From the NCBI GenBank assembly GCA_016870215.1, contig VGCD01000001.1, positions 57,838-121,837 of the forward strand: 64,000 nucleotides of DNA, read 5' to 3'. Of the stretch, positions 9,998 through 18,354 are shown piece by piece. This stretch comes from Actinomycetota bacterium (GTDB lineage: Bacteria; Actinomycetota; Acidimicrobiia; Acidimicrobiales; Ilumatobacteraceae). Position 1 is the first letter of the stretch; each line of letters begins with the position of its first letter. Under the pieces are notes generated by a model. The model was not told the DNA's origin and searched no databases. It worked only from the letters and a program-made list of their open reading frames with translations. Made by a program: the position numbers and the translations under genes.

Positions 9998-10513
9998 ATG
10001 ACGACTCATGAGCGCCCCTTCGGCAGATGTCTAGAAGATTTCGTGATGGGAGACGTGTACAAGCACTGGCCCGGAAAGACAATCACCGAGTACGACGATC
10101 ATCTGTTTTGCATGATCACGATGAATCATCATCCGTTGCACACCAACGATTGGTTTGCGAAGGAAAGCGTGCAAGGTCGAAACGTGGTTGTAGGAAACCT
10201 TGTGTACTCGTTGGTGCTCGGAATGAGCGTGCCCGATGTCAGCGGTGCGGCAATCGCGAATCTCGAAGTAGAGACTCTTCAGCACAAGTTCCCAACATTT
10301 CATGGAGACACCATTCACGCTGAGACGCGAGTGCTCGATGTGCAGGAGAGCAAATCGAAGAACGACAGAGGAGTCGTCACTGTCGAGACGAAGGCCTTCA
10401 ACCAAGAAGGTAAGGAAGTGTGTTACTTCCGTCGTCGTGTCATGGTGTGGAAGCGCGAGTTTGCACCAACTCGCCGTCGCCCGTATGACGGCGTCGACGT
10501 GTGGGAGAGCTGA
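9998..10513 (+). CDS. MaoC-like (R)-specific enoyl-CoA / itaconyl- or mesaconyl-CoA hydratase, single hot-dog domain
   Basis: 171 aa. YKHWPGKTITEYDDHLFCMITMNHHPLHTNDWFAKE is the typical MaoC dehydratase N-terminal pattern. ATG lies 7 nt after TAGCGT. Confidence 0.8.
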   Translation: MTTHERPFGRCLEDFVMGDVYKHWPGKTITEYDDHLFCMITMNHHPLHTNDWFAKESVQGRNVVVGNLVYSLVLGMSVPDVSGAAIANLEVETLQHKFPTFHGDTIHAETRVLDVQESKSKNDRGVVTVETKAFNQEGKEVCYFRRRVMVWKREFAPTRRRPYDGVDVWES

Positions 10514-11385
10514 ACCCACACACTCTCGACCGGCTCACCGGAGCATTGCTCGCGTGGGGTGAGTCGCGACTTCGAGATCTTCCATGGAGAAGAACGCGTG
10601 ATCCGTGGCCCATCTTCGTGAGCGAAGTGATGCTTCAGCAGACGTCAGTGGCACGTGTGTTACCGAAATTCGATGCGTTCATTGCGCGCTTTCCCCAACC
10701 GAGTGACTTGGCAAGTGCGCCGCTCGGAGAAGCGTTGGTCTTGTGGGAAGGCCTCGGATACCCGCGTCGTTGCCGCAATTTGCGCGACGCCGCAAGCGTC
10801 ATTCATCGTCATCACGGAGGTCGAGTGCCCGACAACCTAGATGACTTGCTCGCGCTACCCGGAGTGGGTCCATACACCGCGCGTGCAATCCTTGCGTTTG
10901 CTTTTGCTCAGGATGTCGCCGTAGTCGACACGAACGTGGCACGGGTGCTGTCGCGCGTTGCAGGCGAACCAATGAAACTCGCGTCGACTCAAAATCTTGC
11001 CGATGACTTGGTTCCGCGAGGTCGAGCATGGGAATGGAACCAGATCATGATGGATTTTGGTGCCACTGTGTGCACTGCACGACATCCGAAATGCGACCAA
11101 TGCGCTCTCGTTGATAAATGCGCATGGGCCGGAGACATCACGCAAGCAGACCCAGCTACAACAACACAGGGGACCAGTCGACCGCAGGCGAAATTTGAAG
11201 GATCTGATCGTCAGGCTCGTGGTCGCGCGCTCCGCGCCGTGACTCTTCAACCTCTGAAGGACATTGAAGTGTTCGCTGCGATGGAATTATCAAACGATGT
11301 TATGCGTGCGCGACAACTGCTTGACCAGTTATTGGCAGAAGGTCTCGTCGTGCAAATTGAGGGCAAAATCTCGTTGCCTCGATGA
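10501..11385 (+). CDS. mutY: A/G-specific adenine DNA glycosylase
   Basis: LPWRRTRDPWPIFVSEVMLQQT, a HhH motif LPGVGPYTARAILAFAF, VDTNVARVL, and the 4Fe-4S loop CTARHPKCDQCALVDKC. Confidence 0.85.
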   Translation: MGELNPHTLDRLTGALLAWGESRLRDLPWRRTRDPWPIFVSEVMLQQTSVARVLPKFDAFIARFPQPSDLASAPLGEALVLWEGLGYPRRCRNLRDAASVIHRHHGGRVPDNLDDLLALPGVGPYTARAILAFAFAQDVAVVDTNVARVLSRVAGEPMKLASTQNLADDLVPRGRAWEWNQIMMDFGATVCTARHPKCDQCALVDKCAWAGDITQADPATTTQGTSRPQAKFEGSDRQARGRALRAVTLQPLKDIEVFAAMELSNDVMRARQLLDQLLAEGLVVQIEGKISLPR

Positions 11386-11394
11386 GTTGACTGG

Positions 11395-12279
11395 TTACTT
11401 GTTGGTGACCCAATCAACAACCAACTGATTGACGATGTCTGGTTGTTCGACCTGCAAGAAGTGTCCTGCACCCGCGACAAACTGAACCGTGACATCAGGA
11501 CACATGGCTTGCGCTGACTCTGCAACTTCTTTGCCACAACAGCCGTCGTTAACGCCGTGTAGGTACAACGTGGGCTGCGGAGGAGCTTCAAAACAGAGTC
11601 GCTGTTCCTCCTCAACCGCTGGGTCTTTTTGTGCATCGCCGAGAGTCGCGCGGTAGTAACCAAGTGCTGCAGTCAAGTTGGCTGGGTCGCGCAGACAGCG
11701 TTTGGCATTGTCGACGTCTTCGCTGCTTGAAAAACCCGGCGACCAGTCAGCCCACAGCATGTCGATGAACGCAAGATCATTCGCGGGCACGACCAAGTCG
11801 GCGAGTGCATGCTGAAAAAAGAACATGTACCAACTGCGCTTCAGTTGTGCTTGATTCGTCATGAACGCGAGGCTGAATGCCGGCCCAGGAGGTACTGCCA
11901 TTCCCACGACGCGTCTCCACAAATCTGGTCGTCGTCCGGCCGCTCCGTATGCCGATGGAGCACCCCAGTCGTGTCCGATGATCACCGCGTCGTCAGCGCC
12001 GCCGAGAACTTCGTGCAAAGCGTTTGCATCTGCAGCCAAGGTTCCGGTGGCGTAGTAGCCATCGGCAGCAGTGGTTGTGGGTGCGTATCCGCGGGTGAAA
12101 GGAGCCACGGCTCGAAAACCCGCCTCGGCGAGAGCCGGTAGGAGATAGCGCCAACTGTGGGCGCTGTCGGGGAATCCGTGGAGACAAAGGGCCAGTGGGC
12201 CAGTTCCGCATTCAAGAAAGGTGAAGTCGATGCCGTTGGCGGTGGCCCGCCCCGTCGTGATGTCCGCGCGCATTGCCAT
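11395..12279 (-). CDS. alpha/beta hydrolase (epoxide hydrolase / haloalkane dehalogenase-like)
   Basis: LCLHGFPDSAHSWRY and the nucleophile elbow GHDWGA. ATG 12279 lies 7 nt after TACGGT; the ORF-track start is 12366. Confidence 0.85.
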   Translation of the reverse strand: MAMRADITTGRATANGIDFTFLECGTGPLALCLHGFPDSAHSWRYLLPALAEAGFRAVAPFTRGYAPTTTAADGYYATGTLAADANALHEVLGGADDAVIIGHDWGAPSAYGAAGRRPDLWRRVVGMAVPPGPAFSLAFMTNQAQLKRSWYMFFFQHALADLVVPANDLAFIDMLWADWSPGFSSSEDVDNAKRCLRDPANLTAALGYYRATLGDAQKDPAVEEEQRLCFEAPPQPTLYLHGVNDGCCGKEVAESAQAMCPDVTVQFVAGAGHFLQVEQPDIVNQLVVDWVTNK

Positions 12280-12392
12280 GCGTGGCACCGTAGTCGGACC
12301 GCTTGCGACAGAGGTCACGCGTGGCCCCACTAGGCAGGTGTGTCGAGACGCCTCTAGCGTGACCACTCATCGGGGACAATGACACATTCACA

Positions 12393-13223
12393 GTGACGTT
12401 TCATGGCGTGCGCGGGTCGACGCCGTGTCATGGACCAGACACTCATCGCTACGGAGGCAACACATCATGTGTGTCGTTGCGTGTTGGTGACGATACTCCA
12501 CTCATTCTCGATCTTGGTACCGGTGTCAGGTACCTCGGTCATCAGCTTCGGCGTGAAGGTAGGCCTTTCGTTGGCGCGGCACTTCTCACTCATCTGCACT
12601 GGGATCATGTGCAGGGACTTCCATTTTTCCCACCGGTGCTCGACCCCGATACTCGGCTCGATATTTATGCGCCGACCCAGGAAGACGGTCGTGCGGCTGG
12701 TACCGCACTTTTCGAGATGATCAAGCCGCCGATGTTTCCCATTGATATCTCAGCACTGCCAAGCACATTGGCAGTACACACGGTGGGCGACGAAGATTTC
12801 AGTATCGGTCGCTTTGCAGTGACATCACGATTCATTCCACACATCGGACCAACGCTCGGCTATCGCATCGAACACGCTGGTCATTCAGTGGCCTACTTGC
12901 CTGACCATCAACAACCGGCCGATGGAACTCTTGACATTGCCGATGCAGTTGCCGAGCTTGTTGAAGGCGTCGACGTACTGATTCATGACTCGCAATACAC
13001 CACTGACGAATTCCGTCATCGAGCCACGTGGGGGCACTGCACAGGTGATTACGCACTGCACATTGCGCGCACATTTGATGTCGGCACACTTGTGATGTTC
13101 CACCATGACCCAAGCCGCACTGATGACGACCTTGAGTCCAACTTGTCGTGCTGGGCCGGTGACGACTGTGGTCCGAAAGTGGTGCTGGCGCGCGAGGGTA
13201 TGACCCTCACTCCGAGCCGCTGA
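12393..13223 (+). CDS. MBL-fold metallo-hydrolase
   Basis: HLHWDHVQG (HxHxDH motif), with later H and D ligands. Confidence 0.8.
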   Translation: MTFHGVRGSTPCHGPDTHRYGGNTSCVSLRVGDDTPLILDLGTGVRYLGHQLRREGRPFVGAALLTHLHWDHVQGLPFFPPVLDPDTRLDIYAPTQEDGRAAGTALFEMIKPPMFPIDISALPSTLAVHTVGDEDFSIGRFAVTSRFIPHIGPTLGYRIEHAGHSVAYLPDHQQPADGTLDIADAVAELVEGVDVLIHDSQYTTDEFRHRATWGHCTGDYALHIARTFDVGTLVMFHHDPSRTDDDLESNLSCWAGDDCGPKVVLAREGMTLTPSR

Positions 13224-13263
13224 GACCGCCCTGACCTGTCGCCGAAGCAACTACTGTTTCGAC

Positions 13264-13761
13264 GTGGCCACCATCGACAGTAAGCATTTTCGCCACGTAC
13301 TCGGTCACGCTCCGACTTCAGTCGTGGTCGTTGCCGGACTCGATGCGACAGCTGAACCACAAGGCATCACAATCGGATCATTCGCATCGGTCTCGCTCAC
13401 TCCGCCTCTCGTCGGATTCTTTGTCGGCGTCTCGTCGCGCACGTGGTCACTCATCGAGCCGCCGGGCTCGTTCTGTGTGAATGTGCTTGCCGCAGAGCAG
13501 AGTGAGTTGTGCTGGCGCTTTGCGAAGGAATCGGAGAATCGATTCGAGGGAATCGAGTGGAACCCCGCACCAAGTGGCAACCCGATCCTTGGCGGAGTCA
13601 CCGCATGGATTGATTGTTCACTCCATTCCGTCACTGAGTTCGGAGACCACTACTTGGTGGTCGGCGAAGTGCAGCACCTTGATCTTGGTGAGCAAACTGA
13701 CACAGCGATGGTGTTCTTTCGGGGGAAAGTTGTCAGTGCTGATCTTCCAACTGACAACTGA
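13264..13761 (+). CDS. flavin reductase family protein (NAD(P)H-FMN oxidoreductase domain)
   Basis: 165 aa with the flavin reductase-like domain pattern (VVVV...GITIGSFASVSLTPPLV...GDHYLVVGEV). GTG lies 6 nt after TACTGT. Confidence 0.75.
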   Translation: MATIDSKHFRHVLGHAPTSVVVVAGLDATAEPQGITIGSFASVSLTPPLVGFFVGVSSRTWSLIEPPGSFCVNVLAAEQSELCWRFAKESENRFEGIEWNPAPSGNPILGGVTAWIDCSLHSVTEFGDHYLVVGEVQHLDLGEQTDTAMVFFRGKVVSADLPTDN

Positions 13762-13776
13762 CTCAAACGACGTCGC

Positions 13777-14151
13777 ATGAGTGCGTGGTTGCTCGCCGCA
13801 TGTGTCGGCGCGGTTTTTCTGTTTGCAGGAGTGCAGAAAGCTATGTCGTGGTCGACATGGCGAAGCGATGCGAGTAGCCAGGGCGTGTCAGGCATCGTCG
13901 CAATCGCAGTGCCATTCATCGAAGTGACCCTCGGTGTGGCGCTTATCGCGTTGCCGCCGACAGGAGAGGTGCTCGTGATGGCTCTCGTGGTGATGTGTTT
14001 GTTTACCGTTCATCTCGTACGCCAAGTTCTTCTTGAAGACACGGTCCCGTGCGGCTGCTTCGGGTCTCGGCGGCGTCGGCCCCCTGAGTGGCGTGACGTG
14101 TGGCGCAACATGGGTCTCATGACATGCCTCGTGGTGTCGCTCGTCATTTGA
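13777..14151 (+). CDS. MauE/DoxX-family membrane protein
   Basis: 124 aa with 4 hydrophobic helices and a C-terminal CGCFG motif, as in MauE-like proteins. Confidence 0.5.
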   Translation: MSAWLLAACVGAVFLFAGVQKAMSWSTWRSDASSQGVSGIVAIAVPFIEVTLGVALIALPPTGEVLVMALVVMCLFTVHLVRQVLLEDTVPCGCFGSRRRRPPEWRDVWRNMGLMTCLVVSLVI

Positions 14152-14221
14152 TCCCGATCACAACCCTGTGCTGCCCAGCATGACTTGGCGGTGACCAACC
14201 ACTTACCGGTACGGTCAGGGT

Positions 14222-14500
14222 GTGCGCGTGTGGATTGACCAAGACCTCTGCACCGGCGATGGTCTCTGTGTCGATCATTGCCCCGATGTGTTTGTGCAAC
14301 TTGAGGACGGCATCGCGTATGTCGCGGAACGCGGAGAAATACTCAATGACCCAGGTGGGTCGGGCAGTCTGGCTGCGGTGTCGCCCCGCAATGTGGTGTC
14401 CGTGTTGGAGGCCGCAGAGGTGTGCCCCGGAGAATGCATCTTCATCGACATTGACGACATGGACGACGAACTTGTGCCCGCAGTCGGCACCGTGGCCTAG
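14222..14500 (+). CDS. ferredoxin, single-cluster type
   Basis: CTGDGLCVDHCP (Cx2Dx2Cx3CP, Asp in place of the second Cys) plus a distal CPGEC. GTG lies 6 nt after TACGGT. Confidence 0.8.
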   Translation: MRVWIDQDLCTGDGLCVDHCPDVFVQLEDGIAYVAERGEILNDPGGSGSLAAVSPRNVVSVLEAAEVCPGECIFIDIDDMDDELVPAVGTVA

Positions 14501-14605
14501 GCAAGCGGATTGTTTTAACACCCAAAAGCCCACGTGGGTATTTCGTCAAATCCGAGTCGCTCTTATTCCTAAATAGGGCACACCCTCGGTCTATGGTCGA
14601 TAGCG

Positions 14606-15097
14606 ATGAAGCGAACCAGCGTCTCTCACCTCAACAACGGCATGGCTCGGGCACTCGATGTCATCGGCGAGTGGTGGACCCCACTCATCATCGGCGGAAT
14701 CATGGTCGGTCACAACAGGTACGAAGCACTGCAGTCTGACCTGGGCATTGCGCGCAACATTCTGTCCGACCGACTCAACTGGCTTGTCGAAAAAGGTGTG
14801 CTCGAGAAAGTTGAGTACAGCCAGCGTCCGAAGCGCTACGAGTACCACCTCACCGACATGGGTCGTGACCTGTACTCCACCATCGCTGCCATCAAGGCAT
14901 GGGGCGACAAGTGGCTGATGGACGGTCGACCTTCACTGAAGACCGTTCACGATGAGTGTGGACGAACCTTCGTTCCTGTGCTTGTCTGTGATGCGTGCAA
15001 CAAACCCGTCAATTTGGAAACGGTCACCCTGCGCAAGGGGCCTGGTTGGGGTGGCAACACCGGATATGACCACGCACCCAAAGTCATCTCGTCGTAA
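14606..15097 (+). CDS. HxlR-family winged-helix transcriptional regulator
   Basis: ALDVIGEWWTPLII...RYEALQSDLGIARNILSDRLNWLVEKGVLEKVEY...RYEYHLTDMGRDL. Confidence 0.85.
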   Translation: MKRTSVSHLNNGMARALDVIGEWWTPLIIGGIMVGHNRYEALQSDLGIARNILSDRLNWLVEKGVLEKVEYSQRPKRYEYHLTDMGRDLYSTIAAIKAWGDKWLMDGRPSLKTVHDECGRTFVPVLVCDACNKPVNLETVTLRKGPGWGGNTGYDHAPKVISS

Positions 15098-16061
15098 CGT
15101 CGCATTGGTGTTCGGTGCCGCTGGCATCGCAGTGTCGATTGTTGTCTCGCAGACAACTGCGTCATCAAATCCGGAGAGTGTGCGCACGTCATCGCTCTCT
15201 GCATATGACGTGGCACTCACCATCCCAGTTGTCGCTGAAGTGAAAACTGGTTACAAGCGCGAGTACTTCAAACACTGGGTCGATGAAGACTCTGACGGAT
15301 GCAATACCCGCGAAGAAGTTCTCATTCGTGACAGCACAACTAAACCACAAGTTGACCGATATGGGTGCAAGGTGATTGCGGGTAACTGGTATTCGCCTTA
15401 CGACGCAAGAAAACTCACCGAACCTTCTGACATTGACATCGACCATATGGTCGCACTGAAAGAAGCGTGGGATAGCGGTGCGAACGTGTGGTCCGCAAGT
15501 ACGCGGCAACGCTTTGCAAATGATCTCACTGATTCGCGATCGTTGATCGCAGTCACGGATTCAGTGAACAGAAGCAAGGGCGATCGTGACCCGTCAAACT
15601 GGCTACCACCCAACAGGGGTTACTGGTGTGAATACCTCAGTCGATGGGTGGCGGTAAAGGCTCGTTGGGGCTTGTCGATGGACCAGAGCGAAGCTGGGCG
15701 GGTGCGCAAGTTGTTACAGAACGATTGTGCCAACACCGCAATTGCTCCGATCACGCCGGTCGGGGGAGCTGCACCAGTTACTCCAACCACAACAGTTCCT
15801 GTTCGTACTGGTCGACCCACCGCCACCACCGTTGCTCGAACCGTCGTTCCGGCCATAACGCCTGCTAGTACTCCGAGCACAACTCCAGCATCCAGCGCGC
15901 CCGTTCCCGCGTCTTCGTCCTCCGTCGCCGATAGCGGCGTCGCGGTGTCTCGGCCAGGAGCCTTCTGCGCCCCCGGCGGAGCACGCGGCACATACAACGG
16001 GCGGGCCTACACGTGCACGACAAGTCCGACAGAGTCGCGAAACCGCTGGCGCCAGCCCTGA
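15066..16061 (+). CDS. secreted/anchored HNH-type nuclease, DUF1524 (GmrSD C-terminal-like) domain, with Pro/Thr-rich linker
   Basis: N-terminal hydrophobic segment VALVFGAAGIAVSIVV. YFKHWVDEDSDGCNTREEVL...DIDHMVALKEAWDSGA...VTDSVNRSKGDRDPSNWLPP is typical of DUF1524. Start uncertain: ATG 15066 overlaps hxlR by 32 nt; alternatives are TTG 15105 and GTG 15108. Confidence 0.65.
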   Translation: MTTHPKSSRRNVALVFGAAGIAVSIVVSQTTASSNPESVRTSSLSAYDVALTIPVVAEVKTGYKREYFKHWVDEDSDGCNTREEVLIRDSTTKPQVDRYGCKVIAGNWYSPYDARKLTEPSDIDIDHMVALKEAWDSGANVWSASTRQRFANDLTDSRSLIAVTDSVNRSKGDRDPSNWLPPNRGYWCEYLSRWVAVKARWGLSMDQSEAGRVRKLLQNDCANTAIAPITPVGGAAPVTPTTTVPVRTGRPTATTVARTVVPAITPASTPSTTPASSAPVPASSSSVADSGVAVSRPGAFCAPGGARGTYNGRAYTCTTSPTESRNRWRQP

Positions 16062-16137
16062 GACTCCACATTCGCAGTCATAGGCGCCGGCCTTGACCCG
16101 GCGGAATGGGCCCATCTGCCGATAGCCTCACATTCTT

Positions 16138-16224
16138 ATGTCGAAGAAGACTAAGAAGCGCAAGGCGCGCATGCGCCGCTCAAAGGCCAACCACGGCAAG
16201 CGCCCGAACATGGGTAGAGGCTGA
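16138..16224 (+). CDS. 50S ribosomal protein bL37 (28-aa actinobacterial micro-protein)
   Basis: Below the ORF-track length cut-off. Translation is MSKKTKKRKARMRRSKANHGKRPNMGRG. The KANHGKRPN core matches my recollection of mycobacterial bL37. Confidence 0.6.
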   Translation: MSKKTKKRKARMRRSKANHGKRPNMGRG

Positions 16225-16478
16225 CGCTTCCAAACAAATCGGCTCGCCTGACCGCACTGACGGTGGGTGGGTCATCGAAACGCTGGCGGTCACTTTTCGG
16301 AGCAGAGGAATCTGCACCTCTTGTCGTCGCGGGTGTGGAGATCACAGTGTCGGCGACGTGCGAAGGTTTGTGTGACTGGGGCTTTGCATTCTCGCCTTCT
16401 CGCGATGGAGACCTCATCAGTCATGACCATCAGTTAGTTGATGGTGTTGCCACACGCTCTGTTCTTCCACCACCCACC

Positions 16479-16877
16479 ATGGGTGACGATCGTTTTTTAG
16501 CTATCGACCACGTCGTCGTCAACACCGACAATCTTGTTCGTACGAGCGACGCCCTCGAGAAGACTCTTGGTGCTCCGCTACGACGAATTCGAGACGCGGG
16601 GCGCGGTGTGTCGCAAGGTTTCCACGTGGTTGACAACACTGTTGTTGAAGTGGTGTCTGGACCGCACATCACGCACTTAGGTGCGCGTTTGTGGGGGTTT
16701 GTGGTGGTCGTTGACGACATCTTTGACTTTGCGTTGTCAATGGGCCCAGATGTGATGACATCGCCCAGGGCGGCAGTGCAACCAGGGCGATTCATCGCGT
16801 CGGTTCGCTCTGAGACTGGGTTAGGTGTGCCGGTGGCATTCATGTCGCCACGCGTTCGTGGTAGCGAGGCGAACTAG
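16479..16877 (+). CDS. VOC/glyoxalase-like domain protein
   Basis: FLAIDHVVVNTDNL...VVEVVSGP...GFVVVVDD is the pattern of one VOC module. The ORF is open from GTG 16263, so the true start (16263 vs 16479) is unresolved. Confidence 0.5.
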   Translation: MGDDRFLAIDHVVVNTDNLVRTSDALEKTLGAPLRRIRDAGRGVSQGFHVVDNTVVEVVSGPHITHLGARLWGFVVVVDDIFDFALSMGPDVMTSPRAAVQPGRFIASVRSETGLGVPVAFMSPRVRGSEAN

Positions 16878-17824
16878 TCGTCGTCGCCACTTGCGCGAGC
16901 GAGAAAGCGCACTCCTTCGTCACATGAGTCGTTGAGAGGACACCAGCGACACTGAGAACCAGCTCGACGGGTCGGCTCACGTCGCTCTGTGACAAGGTCG
17001 GCCATGAGGGTGACGCCGTCGATGGTGCGTCGAACTGCGGCCCGCAGCAACCCCTCGCTGACCTCTTCCACGTCGAGGCGTGCAGCATCGAGAGAAAAAC
17101 TGGCAAGCGAGCGAGGAGCCTGGCGTGATCGCAACGTTTCCACCAATGCATAAAAACGCAAGTCGTCGCGATGGGTGGGGGTGAGTTGGCCAGTCTTCAA
17201 ATCGATGAGTACTTTGCGGCCTGCTGTGCCAATGACAAGGTCGGCCCGCGACGAGAACACAATCGATTCGTCAAACAAGGTGTAGCGCGCTGAGTGTTCA
17301 ACCACCGGGCGCCACTGTGGTTTGAGGGGTGGAAAGCTCTCGAGATAGTTGGTGACAGTGTCAACCACCATGCCGCGCAGTTCAGCTAGTTCGCTGTCGG
17401 GCAACTGAGCAAGAAAATTTCCGGCACTCTCACGAGGGTTGTTGATGAGACTGTCGACAGCTGCATCGGCAAGATGTGCCGGCACAGGATCGCCGCGCCA
17501 GTTGAGCAACAACTCGATTGCTTTGTGTGCGACGGTGCCACGAACTGAGGGAAGGCTCCAAGCAAATGCAGATTTCTTCTCCTCAACGTGATGTGTTTCG
17601 CATCCGTGGATAGTGGCCATGGTGCGTTTTGTGACGCGCAACGGTTCGTCGCGTGTGAACACTGTGTCGAGCGCTTGCAGCCCAGTGACGAGTTCAGTTT
17701 CGAGTTGTTCGACCAACGAGTCGGGTAGTGGATTCCAACCATCAGGGACGCGCAGTGCATCGAACACACTTCGCTGAATGGGGTTCAAGTCGGCGATGTT
17801 GGTGATGGCCTCAGTTGAACTCAC
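16874..17824 (-). CDS. PD-(D/E)XK nuclease with Cas4/AddB-type Fe-S cysteines (RecB-family exonuclease)
   Basis: One N-terminal Cys (HGCETHH) plus C-terminal CRWCPLNDSC, and a D...IDLK core (RADLVIG...VLIDLKTG). GTG start lies 6 nt after TAGCGT. Confidence 0.65.
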   Translation of the reverse strand: MSSTEAITNIADLNPIQRSVFDALRVPDGWNPLPDSLVEQLETELVTGLQALDTVFTRDEPLRVTKRTMATIHGCETHHVEEKKSAFAWSLPSVRGTVAHKAIELLLNWRGDPVPAHLADAAVDSLINNPRESAGNFLAQLPDSELAELRGMVVDTVTNYLESFPPLKPQWRPVVEHSARYTLFDESIVFSSRADLVIGTAGRKVLIDLKTGQLTPTHRDDLRFYALVETLRSRQAPRSLASFSLDAARLDVEEVSEGLLRAAVRRTIDGVTLMADLVTERREPTRRAGSQCRWCPLNDSCDEGVRFLARASGDDD

Positions 17825-17875
17825 GTCCGCACGCTAGACCCACGGTGTCACACCCCCTTGAGAAGATGACCAGTC

Positions 17876-18244
17876 ATGACAACGCCCACCACAACCCACT
17901 TCGCCTCGGCAGCACGCGTTCTGTCTGACGCAGTGCATGCAGCCGGTCTCGTGGTGCCGGGGTTTCGATGTCCTCCTCGAGTCATCGGGGTCGATCGCAC
18001 TGTTCGACGGGCTCCCGGTGGTGTCGGTGGCGTGGTTGCCGTTCGTCTCACCGACCGCCCCTTCACCGCCGCTGTGAGCGACATGATCGAAGGTGTGGTG
18101 GTACTGAACAACCTCGCACCACCCGAGGCCGATCGAGTGCGAACACTTCTGTGGCGGTCAATGCTTCACTTCACGGTGCAACTCACCGCGACAACGAACG
18201 ATTCTCACCGCAGTGCAGACACCGGCGTACCACGCGTAGCCTGA
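17876..18244 (+). CDS. hypothetical protein
   Basis: 122-aa ORF divergent from the nuclease gene. I recognise no motif. Confidence 0.4.
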   Translation: MTTPTTTHFASAARVLSDAVHAAGLVVPGFRCPPRVIGVDRTVRRAPGGVGGVVAVRLTDRPFTAAVSDMIEGVVVLNNLAPPEADRVRTLLWRSMLHFTVQLTATTNDSHRSADTGVPRVA

Positions 18245-18256
18245 CTCATGTTCTCA

Positions 18257-18340
18257 GCCCGGATGGCGGAACTGGCAGACGCAGGGGGCTTAAACCCCCC
18301 GGGTGGCAACACCTTGTGGGTTCGATTCCCACTCCGGGCA
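18257..18340 (+). tRNA. tRNA-Leu (anticodon UAA), class II with long variable arm
   Basis: Acceptor GCCCGGA/TCCGGGC. Anticodon stem GGGGG/CCCCC with loop CTTAAAC. Variable stem GGTG-GCAA-CACC. T arm GTGGG-TTCGATT-CCCAC. CCA is not encoded. Confidence 0.9.
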
Positions 18341-18354
18341 CGTTGTGGGACGGG

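Noticed and set aside
8809-10001. Many 100-250-aa alternative-frame or antisense ORFs. Examples: 8809-9426(-), 9219-10001(+), 22030-22545(-), 27659-28408(+), 43867-44607(-), 59367-59930(+), 62643-63017(+).
   Set aside because: They are shadow ORFs inside well-supported genes. Their Arg/Ser/Pro/Ala-rich, low-complexity translations are typical of off-frame reading in GC-rich coding sequence.
14529-14538. CCCACGTGGG palindrome after the ferredoxin gene as a terminator.
   Set aside because: A 10-nt self-complementary sequence cannot form a stable hairpin with a loop, and no U tract follows. At most it is a possible operator upstream of hxlR.
14606-16061. HxlR regulator plus DUF1524 nuclease as a GmrSD-like type IV restriction / defence module.
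   Set aside because: The nuclease has an N-terminal signal/anchor segment and a Pro/Thr linker, so it is predicted to be extracytoplasmic. It also lacks the DUF262 (GmrS) partner domain. That fits a secreted nuclease better than an intracellular restriction enzyme.
18257-18340. tRNA-Leu as an integration hot spot for a genomic island.
   Set aside because: There is no integrase, no duplicated 3' tRNA fragment and no compositional break on either side. The flanking genes are ordinary metabolic genes.
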